In this document: in pieces, positions 51,666-63,380 of the stretch
Numbering within the stretch: the stretch's first letter is position 1
Layout: every line of letters starts with the position of its first letter
NCBI GenBank assembly: GCA_035084275.1
Contig: CM068747.1
Location: 7,874,001 to 7,938,000, forward strand
DNA length: 64,000 nt
Source of the DNA: Hydrolagus colliei
Taxonomy: Eukaryota
Direction of reading: 5' to 3'
The notes under the pieces: generated by a model
What the model was told of the DNA's origin: nothing
Database searches by the model: none
The model's input: the letters and a program-made list of their open reading frames with translations, nothing else
Translations under genes and position numbers: made by a program

Positions 51666-53011
51666 TGATGTCTCAGAATGTTCTTAAAAAAGTTGGGGTT
51701 GGATGCTGAGTGACAGAAAAAGGAGGAGGGAGGGTTGGGGATGAAGTGGTAGGATTTTAGGTGAGAACCAAAGACCAATCTAATAAAATAAGACCAAGAC
51801 AGGCTCTTCAGTGTTGGAACATGTAAAGCTATTCAAATCTGTACATTGACTATCAGGGCTGCCTTATTGACATTTAGGATTAATTTTAGCACCTTGAGAC
51901 GTCCTCCCGACTTGAAAGGTGCTCTATAAATGTAATGTTGTTGTTGTTGTTGTTGTTGTTAATTTGTATATTGGCTCAGTAAATTACAGTTAATGGAAAC
52001 CTTCCACATGGGCATCAATATAACTTTTTAGTTTCAAAATTCATAGCTCTGACCTTTGTTCCTCCTGCAAAAGATTTTTTTTGTTGAATTTGATTGCTGA
52101 TTAATAAAAGCAAAAGGAAGAAATGTGTAAAACTACAGAACACTTTTTGACTCGTAGCATTTTTTGAATAAACCCACAGAAATCTGTCTATTTGATATAG
52201 TTACAGACCTGCAGTACTGTACCACACTTTGAAAATCATCATCTCCTGTAGCCAGTTTAATAATTCAACATTCCATTCAAGCACAGCCTTAAGCATATAG
52301 GATTTGGCCAAACTTTCTCTTGTAGAATGTTTACTTGGTAAAATCCAACCAATTTTTATGGAATGCTAAAATAGATTTTGTATTAAAATGTTGCAAATTG
52401 ATCTCAGATTTTAATAAAGATGCATAAAGTTAGATATCCCCTCATGAAAATGATGATCAGTCTCATCTGTTGCTGACTTTTTCTGCCCTACCACAATAGA
52501 TCCACTTAGAACAGATTTCTCAGCTAGGAGCCCAATGAAATGGATGGCGCAATGATGTAGACAGTGCAGTGGAGGTATCTGAACCATTTAAAAATATTAG
52601 TTCACATCATCGGAAGGCAACTTCTGATTGTTGAAATAAGCTGCAAAGATGAATAGTTACAAAACATCACAGTGTACAACCACATTCTAATGATGATCCT
52701 TGTATTTGATAAAGCACTTCAAAGATTCACTGCAGAGTGTATGATGACTGTGTTCTTGTAAGTATTTTAAAATTAAATATGAATGTATGCATCATTGCAG
52801 TACAATATGGAATTTTTTATGGATTACAGCCTCTGAACTACAGTTAAATTATTGAAACTGTAATTTATCTGATGTGACAAATCAAACCTTAATGATTACT
52901 ACAGGTTAGTAATCAGAAAGCTAATGATAATTATGGATTGCTAGCCTCCCCTTGCAATTACCCCTTCCAATGTAGAATTTGGTAGCGCAACATCAGGCTT
53001 CTATTTCTTAC

Positions 53012-53162
53012 TTTCTTTTCCTTTCTCTTTATTCTTTAGCAGCAGCAGCTTTTGTTCTCGATGTTGTTTTTCCATCTCCTGCTCCTGACGATGTTGTTCC
53101 AGTTTACGCTGTTGTTCCAAAATTTCTTGCTGGTGCTTCAGTGCAAGTAGTTCCTGCTGTTG
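53012..53162 (-). CDS. HDAC4: HDAC4 exon, 151 nt: [13 protein letters not shown]...KNKEKGKE(S)
   Basis: Acceptor cttaag|CAA, donor GAAA|gtaaga. Confidence 0.96.
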
Positions 53163-53239
53163 CTTAAGGGAGTAAGAAAAGGTTATGTAAGAAACTGTGG
53201 CCAACAATTCATGATGATCTTAAATTTCACGACTATCCT

Positions 53240-53715
53240 AAATAATAATTCTTGCATTTGATATTGCATCTTAGCATGCCTTCCAAGACATCTCAAATTG
53301 TTTCATAGAATATATAATAATCCTTGCATTTGATATAGCACTTTTCACGTCTTCTAGACATCTCAAAGCACTTCACAGAATATACTGTAAATTGACTGTG
53401 TATTTGCAGGCGAAACGTGGCAGCCAATTGCATACATCGGTGTCCCACAAACAGTCGTGGATTGAAATGACCAATTTTTTTTTGAGGGATTATTATTAGG
53501 CATGTGGAGTAAGGAAACTCGTCCTGACCTGCTTGGATTCGAACGCAGATCTCACGCTTGTAAGGCGAATGCTCTAACCACTGAGATACAGGACTCCATA
53601 TACTGTAAAGTGAATGGACTGCACATTTTGTGGGCGAACCGCGGCAGTCAATTAGGCACAACAATGTCCACAAACAGTCGTGGATCGAGTGACCAAATTA
53701 TTATTATTATTATTA
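53240..53715 (-). mobile_element. Full SINE (~53315-53597) nested in an older SINE
   Basis: Outer copy breaks at agaatata and resumes at atatactgtaaagtg (53598). Confidence 0.88.
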
Positions 53716-54657
53716 TCAAATCTAACATTATGCAAAATTTTGCAATATTTTGACTTCAGCCTTAAATTGGAAGTTAGTAATCATTTTGAATGAAAAGCTA
53801 TTGAAAAGCAGCTTCCTAAAATAAAAGTAAGTTGAGAGTTTTCCAGAATTCTGAAAGTTCTTAAAATTTCAAGGTAACCAAATAAAGACTACACTGTAAG
53901 TTGTACATAACTCAAAACAGCTATTTTCTGATATGACTGGGAATAAGAAATCAAAACAGAATGGTGAAGCCCCTTCAACATGTCAAAAACATTTACATAT
54001 TTAGTTAGGAGCGGATACGTTATGCAGAAATGTTCCTCTTTAAACTCTCCTCTGAACAGCAACTTAATCTTAATCAATCCCACTTGAAGTGAATTTAACA
54101 CATTGCTTTCGCTGCCTTCCTTCTCATCCCATTTTCTTGTGAAACTAACCACAACTGTAATCTTTATTTTCTATCCATTTTTTCCTTGATATTTGCCTGC
54201 TTTCCATCATGCTTTCATATTATTTAACAACATTAGATCACAGTAGAATGCTGAGTTTTGCACACCAACTACCCAGATTGTTACTTATCTGCATTGGTCT
54301 CCAAAACAGGGCTGTGGAATCTGCACACAAAATGCAAAGTTCAAGGGCTTGTATTTCAGACGCAGAGTGCAACTGTGAAAAGATGTTGTTATAGATATGG
54401 TGTGGGGTTGGGGGGGAGTGGGGTTAGAGACAGTGAAAAAGAAATTCAGAACCAAGAGCTAGTCAGAGAGAGAAACTCAGTCAGGGGAAAGAGAGTACTA
54501 TAGTGACAGTACAACGGCTACAGGAATAACCACAATGGTCCAAATTAGTGGATACCGAGTTCTCTATTTATCATTATTTGCAACTATATCCTTTTCTTCT
54601 TTCCAATTTAAAAAAATGAAGGAAAAAAACCTTCTCAGGAATTTCTGTGGGAAATTC

Positions 54658-55250
54658 ACCAACTTGCACTTATATAGCACCCACCAGGCAAGGTAGCGCT
54701 TAACAGTGGCGGAGCCTGACTCTTAGCGGCAAGGGACGCGGGTTTGTGGTCGAAAAGGAAGGTTTTCAGACTGCACTTGAAAAAGGGGAGAGAAGGAGCA
54801 AGCCAGAGGGATTGAGATAGAGTGTTCCAGAGTTTTAGGACACAGTGACTCAATGGGTGACCTCCAATGGTGGAGCAGAGGGCTCGAGTAATAGACAAGA
54901 GGCTTTGGGTGGTGGATTGGGGAGGGAGGAAATCAGAGAAGTAGGGAGGTGTCAGGGACTGACGGGATTTGAAAATGAATGAGGATCTTGAAGTTGATCG
55001 GTTTGGTGATGGGGAGCCTGTAGAGACTGGTCAGTAACGGTGAGATGTGGGTACAGAATTGGGTCTGGGTATGCAGGCGGGCAGCAGACTTCTGAATGAG
55101 CTGGATTTTTTTGAATAGTGGAGCTGGGGATACTGGCAAGGGGCGCGTTTGAGTAATACAGGCGGGAAGTGACAAATGCATGCACAAGGGTTTTGGCTGC
55201 ATTTGGAGTCATGTACTGGGTGGGAGGGGGTATTGGGAATTTAATGCAGT
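54658..55250 (-). mobile_element. L2 LINE 3' fragment
   Basis: AKTLVHAFVTSRLYYSNA, IQLIQKSAAR, IGGHPLS..LWNTL..LKTFLFD. A related short piece lies at ~7570-7705. Confidence 0.88.
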
Positions 55251-55721
55251 CAAGCAAATCGTTTCAATCTTTGCGATGAAGAAGTCTGGGACATCTTCAC
55301 ACTTGATGTTCGATGTGAGGATACAGGGAGCTTGATGGGGTGCATAGAGGAGGTGAAGGATGGATGGAGGACAGAGTTTTTGGATTGTTTTTGGCCTCCA
55401 GGGTGCTTTGGAGTAAATTCGGGCAGGGCCAGCATTTTTTGCCCATTCCCATTTGTCTTGAGAAGATGGCGTTGAGCCTACTTTTTAAACTGATGCAGTC
55501 CTTGATTTTTGGGGAGTCAACTAGGAACACATGCAGAAACCCATCATATTGCCTAAGAATATCCAAACTAGGCAAGAGCTCCATGCATGTCATCTACACA
55601 TAAAAATTCCCACCTCTGGAATGGAATACATACATCCCTGGGGGGGACTTACCTTGCTATTTCCAGAGAGCATTAGGCACAGATTGGCAAGAGCTAAGAC
55701 TTGGGAACATCAGCAATACTA

Positions 55722-56005
55722 TTAATAATAATTTGTATAGAGCTTTTCACGTCTTCTAGACATCTCATGCAATTCACAGAATATACTTAAAAGTAACTGA
55801 CTAATATTTTGAGGGCAAAACGCGGCAGACAATAGTGCATAGCAGTGTCCCACAAACAGTTGTGGATTGAAAATGAGCAATTTTAGGGATTATTATCAGG
55901 CATGTGGAATAAGGAAACTTGCCGAAGGTTTTGACCTGCCTGGAATCAAACCCAGGTCTCTCATTTGCATGGCAAGTGTACTAACCACTGAGCTACTGGA
56001 CTCCT
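55722..56005 (-). mobile_element. SINE, full-length short form
   Basis: Tail through ctaaccactgagctactggactcc. Confidence 0.9.
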
Positions 56006-56429
56006 CTGCAATGCTCTGGAATACTGAAGACCAACCTGGCTTAAAATCTGGACTGGTGGAAGGTTATGTAGCAGTTTTTTAAAAACTATATTGAGTGAAC
56101 ACTGGGACATTTCAGAGGGCATTAGGAGTCAACTATGTTGTGTGGGACAGGAGCCAAATGTTGTTCAGACCAGGCAATGGTAGTAAAAAGACATCAGTGA
56201 ACCAGTTAAGCTGTTACAACAATCCATCAATTCTTCTGCTCCTAACTTCAATTATTAATTGTTCCAATTCAGTTTAAGCAACTGCCATAGTGGGATTCAA
56301 ATCTTTGTGTTGTGTTTCTCCAGTAACATTACCACAACGCTATCCATGGTATTATTCTACGACAAGGAAACATGAAAATTAGAATATTTTTAATTCATTC
56401 TTAAATTAAACAGGCCTCCACCATCATAA

Positions 56430-56815
56430 TAATCATCTTTGTAGCGAACATAATATCTTATCACATTGTCGAAACACTTAAATTGCTTCCATGGATATTG
56501 TGCCATGCGCAGTATTTTGTGTGCAAATGAGGTACAATGAATGACCAATTTTATCCGGGGATTGTTGGCCAGGACACTGGAAGAAACACCTTTCTCTATT
56601 CAAATAGTGCTATAGGATCTTGAATATCCACTGGACAGGTGGATGGTACCTCAGTTTTATATCTCATACAAAGGACAGAACCGCTGACCAAGCAGCACAC
56701 CCCTACCACTGCATGGCAGCATCAGCCTACCTTAAAAATGTTCTGAGTCCCTACATGGGGCTTAAATCCACAACCTTTTGATTCAGAGACAAGAGTGAGC
56801 CAACTGTGCCAAATG
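56430..56815 (-). mobile_element. Old Deu-domain SINE remnant
   Basis: ttggccaggacactggaagaa..ttcaaatagtgc..ggatc..cctcagtttt..tctcat..aaggac..; tRNA-like head near 56760-56810. Confidence 0.7.
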
Positions 56816-56977
56816 AATAAACACAAATACATATATCTCACTAAAAAATAAAATGTCAGTCAATTCTAATGATTTATGAGTTATATGAACTTAAGCTTGG
56901 CTAGCACTCGCGTTTAGAGGCATCACATATTTAAATTTTAATAGACTGATGTTCCAGCTTACATTGTGCTCCCGTAC

Positions 56978-57219
56978 CTTGATGTGCTCTTGCAGTTGGG
57001 CTTCATGTTGCCGGGAGAGTTGCTCATGTTGCCTTTGAAACTCCGCTATAAGCAGCTGGCGCTGGATTTGTTGTTTCTGTTTCAAAGCTATAAGTTCCTG
57101 TTGCAGTTGCTGTTCTCGAATATTGGGGTCCGCAGGTGGCACTGTGAACTGGTGATCCAGCCGGAGATCCATTAGTGTGCTGGGCTGGACTTGAGGAGGC
57201 AGTGCTGTGCTTGCATCAA
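56978..57219 (-). CDS. HDAC4: HDAC4 exon, 242 nt: (V)[24 protein letters not shown]...QLQEHIK
   Basis: Acceptor tttgcag|TTGAT, donor AAG|gtacgg; Gln-rich N-terminal helix. Confidence 0.96.
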
Positions 57220-57413
57220 CTGCAAATGAAAAACACAAGAAAACAGCAATTAACCATCTGTAGCATTAACACATACCCTGAATTACAACCAGAAAAGTAA
57301 ATTCAGAAAGAAAAAAAAAGGTTCTGAACATCAGTGTCTAAACATCAATGCAATTAATAGACAGTAAAGATATTATAGCATTAAAGAATGGATAGCATAG
57401 ATTACAGAACTGT

Positions 57414-57708
57414 GGAGTCCTGTAGCTCAGTGGTTAGAGCGCTCCCTTACAAGCTGAGACCTGTGTTTGAATCCAGGCAGGGCGAAACCTTGGGCAAGTT
57501 TCTTTACTCCATACGCCTAATAATAATGCTTAAAAAAAAGGTAATTTCTATTCACGACAGTGTTTGTGAGATACTGCTGTGCGCAATTGGCTTTTGCATT
57601 TCTCCCACAAATATACAGTCAATTAACTTACAATATATTCTGTAAAGCATTATGAGACATCCAGAAGACGTGAAAAGTGCTATATAAAATGCAAGGATTA
57701 TTATTATT
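57414..57708 (+). mobile_element. SINE, full-length short form (TAC loop)
   Basis: Box A tagctcagtgg, box B-like gtttgaatcc, (ATT)n tail. Confidence 0.92.
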
Positions 57709-57861
57709 CTTTACAAGAATGTTATCAGGCATGAGTGAAAGTAGCCATCAAGAAAGATTGAAGAAACGTTGCAGCTTTTCTCTCCAGAGTTGAGACGCTT
57801 GAGATATGACTTGAAAGAGGTGTTCAAGATTATGAAAGGATTCCATAGGGTGGATGTCACA

Positions 57862-58105
57862 GGGAGTCAGTGGTTAGGGCACTTGCCTTGCAAGCAAGAG
57901 CCCTGAGTTTGATTCCTGGCAGGGCAAAAATTGGACAAGTTTCCTTACTCCACATGCCTGATAATAATCCCTCCAGAAAAAAAACTATATTTTGTTCTCT
58001 CAATCCACGGCTGTTTGTGGGAAACTGCTGTGCATAATTGGCTGCTGCACCTCGCCCATAAATATACAGTCAATTCACTTTACAATATATATTATGAAGC
58101 GCTAT
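57862..58105 (+). mobile_element. SINE (TGC loop) directly after a CR1 fragment (~57755-57855)
   Basis: gggagtcagtggttagggcacttgccttgcaagcaagag...; upstream ttgaaagaggtgttcaagattatgaaaggattcc is CR1-like. Confidence 0.85.
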
Positions 58106-58635
58106 GCTATTGGTACCAGTTTCTCGAAATACCTGATTTTAAATAAAGAAAATTTATTTCACTTTCAAGCTCCCTCTCTGTCCATCTGTCAATATTCCTG
58201 AAAGTTTTACTATTCAGGTGCCCATCCAAATTTGCTTTTGAATGATTTTATTGATCCAGCTATAATAATCACTTGTGGTAATTAATTCAATTTATCATAA
58301 CCAGCTCGTGAGAAAACAACATGCAGAAATTAAAATGTACATTAACTTCTCTGAGATCTGAGGGAACAGCAGTGAAGTGACTGTCTCCTTTTGCCTTGCA
58401 TTGGTTTTGCTACCTAACTCACCAATTCTGAACTTTTTAGCTTATTTGCAGATGCATTTTCAGAACATTAACATAACAGTGTTTCCAAGGAGCCTGGAAA
58501 TTGTCTTTCACAGCGTGTGGTTTCCAGCATCTTCAGTGTTTTTTTTATTTTACTTGACATGTTTGTGATTTTTAAATTTTACTTGAAATGTTTCTCCACA
58601 GTTAGCAAGATACTTAAATCCTGCTGGCACAGGAG

Positions 58636-59612
58636 TGGAGCTCCTTGGCTTAGTGGTTAGAGCACTTGTCCTGTCAAGCTGGGGAGACCTGTGTTCGAAC
58701 CCAGGCCAGGTCAAAGTGAAACCGTGAGCAAGTTTCTTTGGTCCACACGCCTAATAATAATCTGTCCAAAAAACCACAATAATAAAATTGGTCATTTCAA
58801 TCCACGACCGTTTGTGGGACACTGCTGTGCGCAATTGGCTGCCGCGATTTGCCCACAAATACAGAGCTGCCAATCTTCAAGGAAGATTTTCAGGAAGGTT
58901 GTAGTAATTTTTCAGAAAGGTTTGTTACATTTTCAGGAAGGATTTTGTTTTTGCTTCACTTCAGTCTCAGCCAATAGTTAAGCCAGGGCTCGACATTAAC
59001 AGGCATGCAGGCACCCTGGACACCTTAATTTTGCGCATCCGCGATTTACATCCGTGGTTTAAATTTTCAAGTTTTATTCTTCCAAATAAGGGTCCGCGTA
59101 TTGATGTGTATTCATCCGCTTTGCGGTTCCCGCCCATCAGCATCTTTACTACCCCACGTGGTCGAGCTGCACTCGTGGATCTACAGGTACTGTGTGTGTG
59201 TGAACAGCTAGTGTATAGTACTAGGACCCAGTTGCTATGTTGCAATCAACCAGCGACAACGCTTCTCTTGTAGGATTGAGGTAAATACAACGCTTCTCTC
59301 TTTAGTATTTCACTTTCTCTTCTCCATTAAACTGATTTCTTCCATCCTTCCCTACTGAACATAGGTGGTGCAAGGGGGATTTAGCTTAAATTATAAAATG
59401 GCAAAAAATCGGAAGTTATTTATCTGGGATCGGGAGGGCAGAAGGGAGCATGTAAAAGCGGAAGGCTTCTGCAAAAATTGGGAGGGTTGACAGCTCTGCA
59501 AATATACAGTTAATTCACTTTACAGTGTATTCTGTGAAGAGCTTTGGGACGTCGATAAGATGTGAAAAGCGCTGTATCAAATGCAAGGATTATTATTATT
59601 ATTATTATTATA
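58636..59612 (+). mobile_element. SINE interrupted by a DNA transposon (SINE ~58636-58861 and 59499-59612)
   Basis: Body stops at gcccacaaata and resumes at caaatatacagttaattcac. Confidence 0.88.
58862..59498. mobile_element. Non-autonomous hAT-like DNA transposon, 637 bp
   Basis: TIRs CAGAGCTGCCAATCTT and reverse complement CAGAGCTGTCAACCCT; caaata duplicated at both flanks. Confidence 0.8.
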
Positions 59613-60949
59613 TTAGTATAGAATTCAAAGTAACAGATTTCATGTAGTTCAGTCTCAGATTAAAGATTCCATAAACCTAGACTTTGTCAATTCTTTTGGT
59701 TTAGCTTCTTGATTGATCCGGTAAGCAGATTGTGGCAACTGATTGTCAATTTTTTTTTAAATAGTCAAACGAGTTGATTTGATCGGTGAGTTTTGGTTTT
59801 AAAAGAAGGAGCTTGGAAACTCACCAACTTTGGAAACTTACTCAGATCGGGTCAGACCCAAAAACTAGTGAGAAATGTATTTTTATTATTACCAAACAAA
59901 AAAAACTGCAGCCTTTTACTCATCATTTTCAAGCTTTTAAATATATTTATTTATAGCTTGCACTTTACAAGCCAAACTACCAAATCAGAAAATGAAAGCA
60001 ATGCTCCACTGGAGTGATCCACTGAAAGCATAATCCCAGCTTTTGAAGAATTAATTGGTTAGATAAGACGGAAAAAGTAGATACAGTTCTTTCCCGCAAT
60101 TTAATTAATAGACATTGGTTTCAGTTAACTTTTCTACTATTTGATAGGTTCTGTTACAAAAACTCAGTGAATTCCCTGTACTTCCAAGTAATAAATGTTG
60201 TTCTCACTGTATGGGTGACAATTCAGTACTGCTGTATGCTAAAATTAAGGCACTTTTTTCCGAAGCATTCCTTTTACCTCTACTGCTACAAGTCAGGGAA
60301 AAGAGTGGATCGGTAGATATGGAAAGATATGAATTCTCAATTCAGAAGTGGCATCTTTTCTCATCAGATTTGTGCTGTTGCCACTTTTACACAGAATGAT
60401 GTGGCATGAAATTCCCATTAGGCTTATTCACATTCAACCCTCTAAAACACATTAATTCACTTCTCCCTCATCCCTAGACAGAATGTGACACCCCATCGTC
60501 ACGTCTCGCGCTGCCTCGATCAACTGGTGAGACACAGTGAGCAGTGGCAACAAGAGTATTTTTCAATTCTAAACCTACAAAACTATGATGCTCAGTAGGA
60601 AACACAAGCTGGATATGGAAAATAGAGGATTACAGTGTAAGCAGGAAGTAGATAACTTGTTTATTGAAAGTAATGGAAATCTCAGTGTAAGACAAGTCAT
60701 ATCTGTGTTGAAGAAGTTCAGAGTTAGTTTTGCAATTATGCATTTATCTGCTTTGGCTTTGTTTAGCATTCTCTGTAAGGGCCTCCATATGCTGAGTTGA
60801 TATCTTGTGTTTTGACTTTAATATACCAAAAAAAGGCATATATTTCCAGAGATCAGCATTATTAAGGAATACAGTCACGCAATTTCAAACAATTTAGGAT
60901 TTCTGTATGAATTTATAATGTTTCTGAAATGGAGAAACAAAAATATTGC

Positions 60950-61020
60950 TTATGCGGCCCATGGACGTTTCTCAAATGTGGCATTCAGCCCTCGTCCCCC
61001 AATAGGTTGGACCACCCTGT
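60950..61020. mobile_element. Possible single end of a hAT/Charlie-like MITE
   Basis: tgcggccc...aggttggaccaccctg resembles Charlie-type termini; no partner end found. Confidence 0.4.
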
Positions 61021-62699
61021 GTTGTTAATGTGGGTGTAAAGGTTTTACACTAAATATGTTTGGATGTGCCTCAATCCAGTCTCCTGCCAAAGTGCCCACA
61101 ATTTGGCTCAAATTAGCACTGAATCAGCATTCTCACTCTGAGGCAAGGGAGATACTGGCTGGTTTAAACATGGAAATATCACAGTGCTGGAGTAATTAGA
61201 ATCACCTGATTATTAGGTTTATGGTATGATGCTTGATCATAGCTAAACAGTGCACATTTATGTCCAACAAAGAAAGGTTTTCTGTCTCAACACGGATAAC
61301 TCTCACCCTTCTCTAACACAAGATAGATGGAGATAATAGGAATTTAGCAACCTACAGCTTCGGGAATAAAATGATCCTAAAGTCACTTTCTTTTAAAGCC
61401 ATGTGGCTCGTGATGCGAGTGCTAATGCCTGGCAAATGTTTCTCTTATATAACTGTGTGGTTCACATAAAGTGAACCACTTTCCAAACGATCCTTTAATC
61501 ATGGCCACAAGTGGCAAAAACAGCACACTGAAGTGGTTTATATGCACTGCCACAAAATGTGAGGACACACACTCATCAGTTTCCAACCTGTGGCGTCAGA
61601 AGTGAATGAGCGATCATTAATGGGTTGTCTTCAGGCACCTCTTGGCAGCCAGCCAGGAAGGAAAGCCTGTCTGCCCTTTCTGTTGCAGAGGTGCGGGATC
61701 CAGTAACAACTAGGGAAAAAAGACAAGGACAATGCCCTTCACTGAAGGGCAAATACTTTCACCAAGAAGTTACACAATTATGTACATCAATGTTAGATTT
61801 CTTTGATTCATCAAAATGGCATAACTTCAATGTAAGTGGATAATAAAATAAATGTTTAATGGGCTGCTAAGGGGATTCATATGGTAGAAGATTAATTTAG
61901 AGAGACTACAATGCAATCATTTGGGTCATTTAATGCAAGTTATAACAGGCTGCATATCAAGACTTGCAATATTATAAATTAAATAATATCAATTTATAAA
62001 TTGATAAAAACAGTTACAACCCAAAAGTGTTTCAAGAATGAGATGAATATGGAGTTACTGTCATGATTTCAACATTTTAACCTCAAAAGTAACTTCAGAT
62101 ACTGATTCCATACGATGCTTAATTTGGCTCAACCCCGGAGACGGGTCAAATTATTGCCAGCTCTGGCCATTAGTGTTAATGTATGTTGACTGAGAAATTG
62201 CTGTAAAAGGAAAAGTATAGACGCTTGACACTGGTGGAATGCTGTTCTGGATTATGCAGGATTGGAATGAGCTGCGATGGCAGACTTTCCCAAGGGAGAA
62301 ATACATTACTACTGTCCTCCACCATACAGAGGCTTTTATTTATATAAGACAGAGTCAATTATCAACATCATGTGCTGGTGTGTGTATGGGGTGGGGAGTT
62401 GGAAGGGAGAATGAAAAAAATGTTGATATGACATTTTTTTTTAAATGACCAGTTGTACACCTGCATATTTGTCATCTAATCGGCCGGTTAAAACATAATC
62501 AAATTCATTTCTGGCAGTGTTTGAATAATGTATTAGACACATGGATGTGCATGTGTACCCTCTGAAAAGATATTAACAGTACAATATGTGGACAGGGGTT
62601 GAATACACCTCATTATAGCAAATATTACACGCTGCTACTGCAACATAATTTTCAGAGAGGATTCAACTCCAGCATATTACACACAAAAGTATTATTCAA

Positions 62700-63380
62700 A
62701 CAAATAAAGTTGTATATTTATGGGCAAATTGCAGCAAACAATTGGGCACAACAGGTATTATTTGGGCGTGTGGAGCAAGGAAACTTGCCCAAGGTTTCAC
62801 CCTGCCAGGAATCAAACCTGGATCTCTTGCTTGCAAAGCGAATGCTTCATAATGAACGTTCAAAATATTTATAAAGCTGTCACAAAGAACAGCCGAATGT
62901 GCACCCTCTTTTCTATTTTCAATTGTGATACTACAGAAGATTTTCACAAACAAAAACAATGGGTCAGTAAACAAGTTTGCCTCTGGATCCTAGATATGAA
63001 TAATAATATATAATAATAATCCTTGCATTTGATAGAGCAACTTATCACGTCTTTGAGACATCTCAAAGTGCTTCACAGAATATACTGTAATGTGAATTGA
63101 CACCTGTATTTTGTGGGTCAAACGCAGCAGAGCAGGCAAGTGCTTCATGAATTGAGTGACCAAATCATTATTATAATTTTAAAAATACATTTATTGTTTT
63201 GAAAGGATTATTACCCCCGGAAAAGAGATCTTCCAAACAACCAACACTCAGGTTCCTACTTACTGCTTAGTAAACAGATGTGTGGAATAAGGAAAATGGG
63301 CCAATGTTTCTCCCTATCTAGGAAACGAATGCAGGTTGTCTTTCTTTCGTGGCGAGTGCTCTGACCACTAAACTACCAAA
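62700..63380 (-). mobile_element. Two SINE copies (degenerate ~62700-62860; long form ~63005-63380)
   Basis: Long form carries cccccggaaaagagatc...ggttcctacttactgcttagtaaacag. Confidence 0.82.

Noticed and set aside
61987-62006. Perfect 20-bp palindrome tatcaatttataaattgata
   Set aside because: Short, very AT-rich and isolated; no TSD or family evidence.
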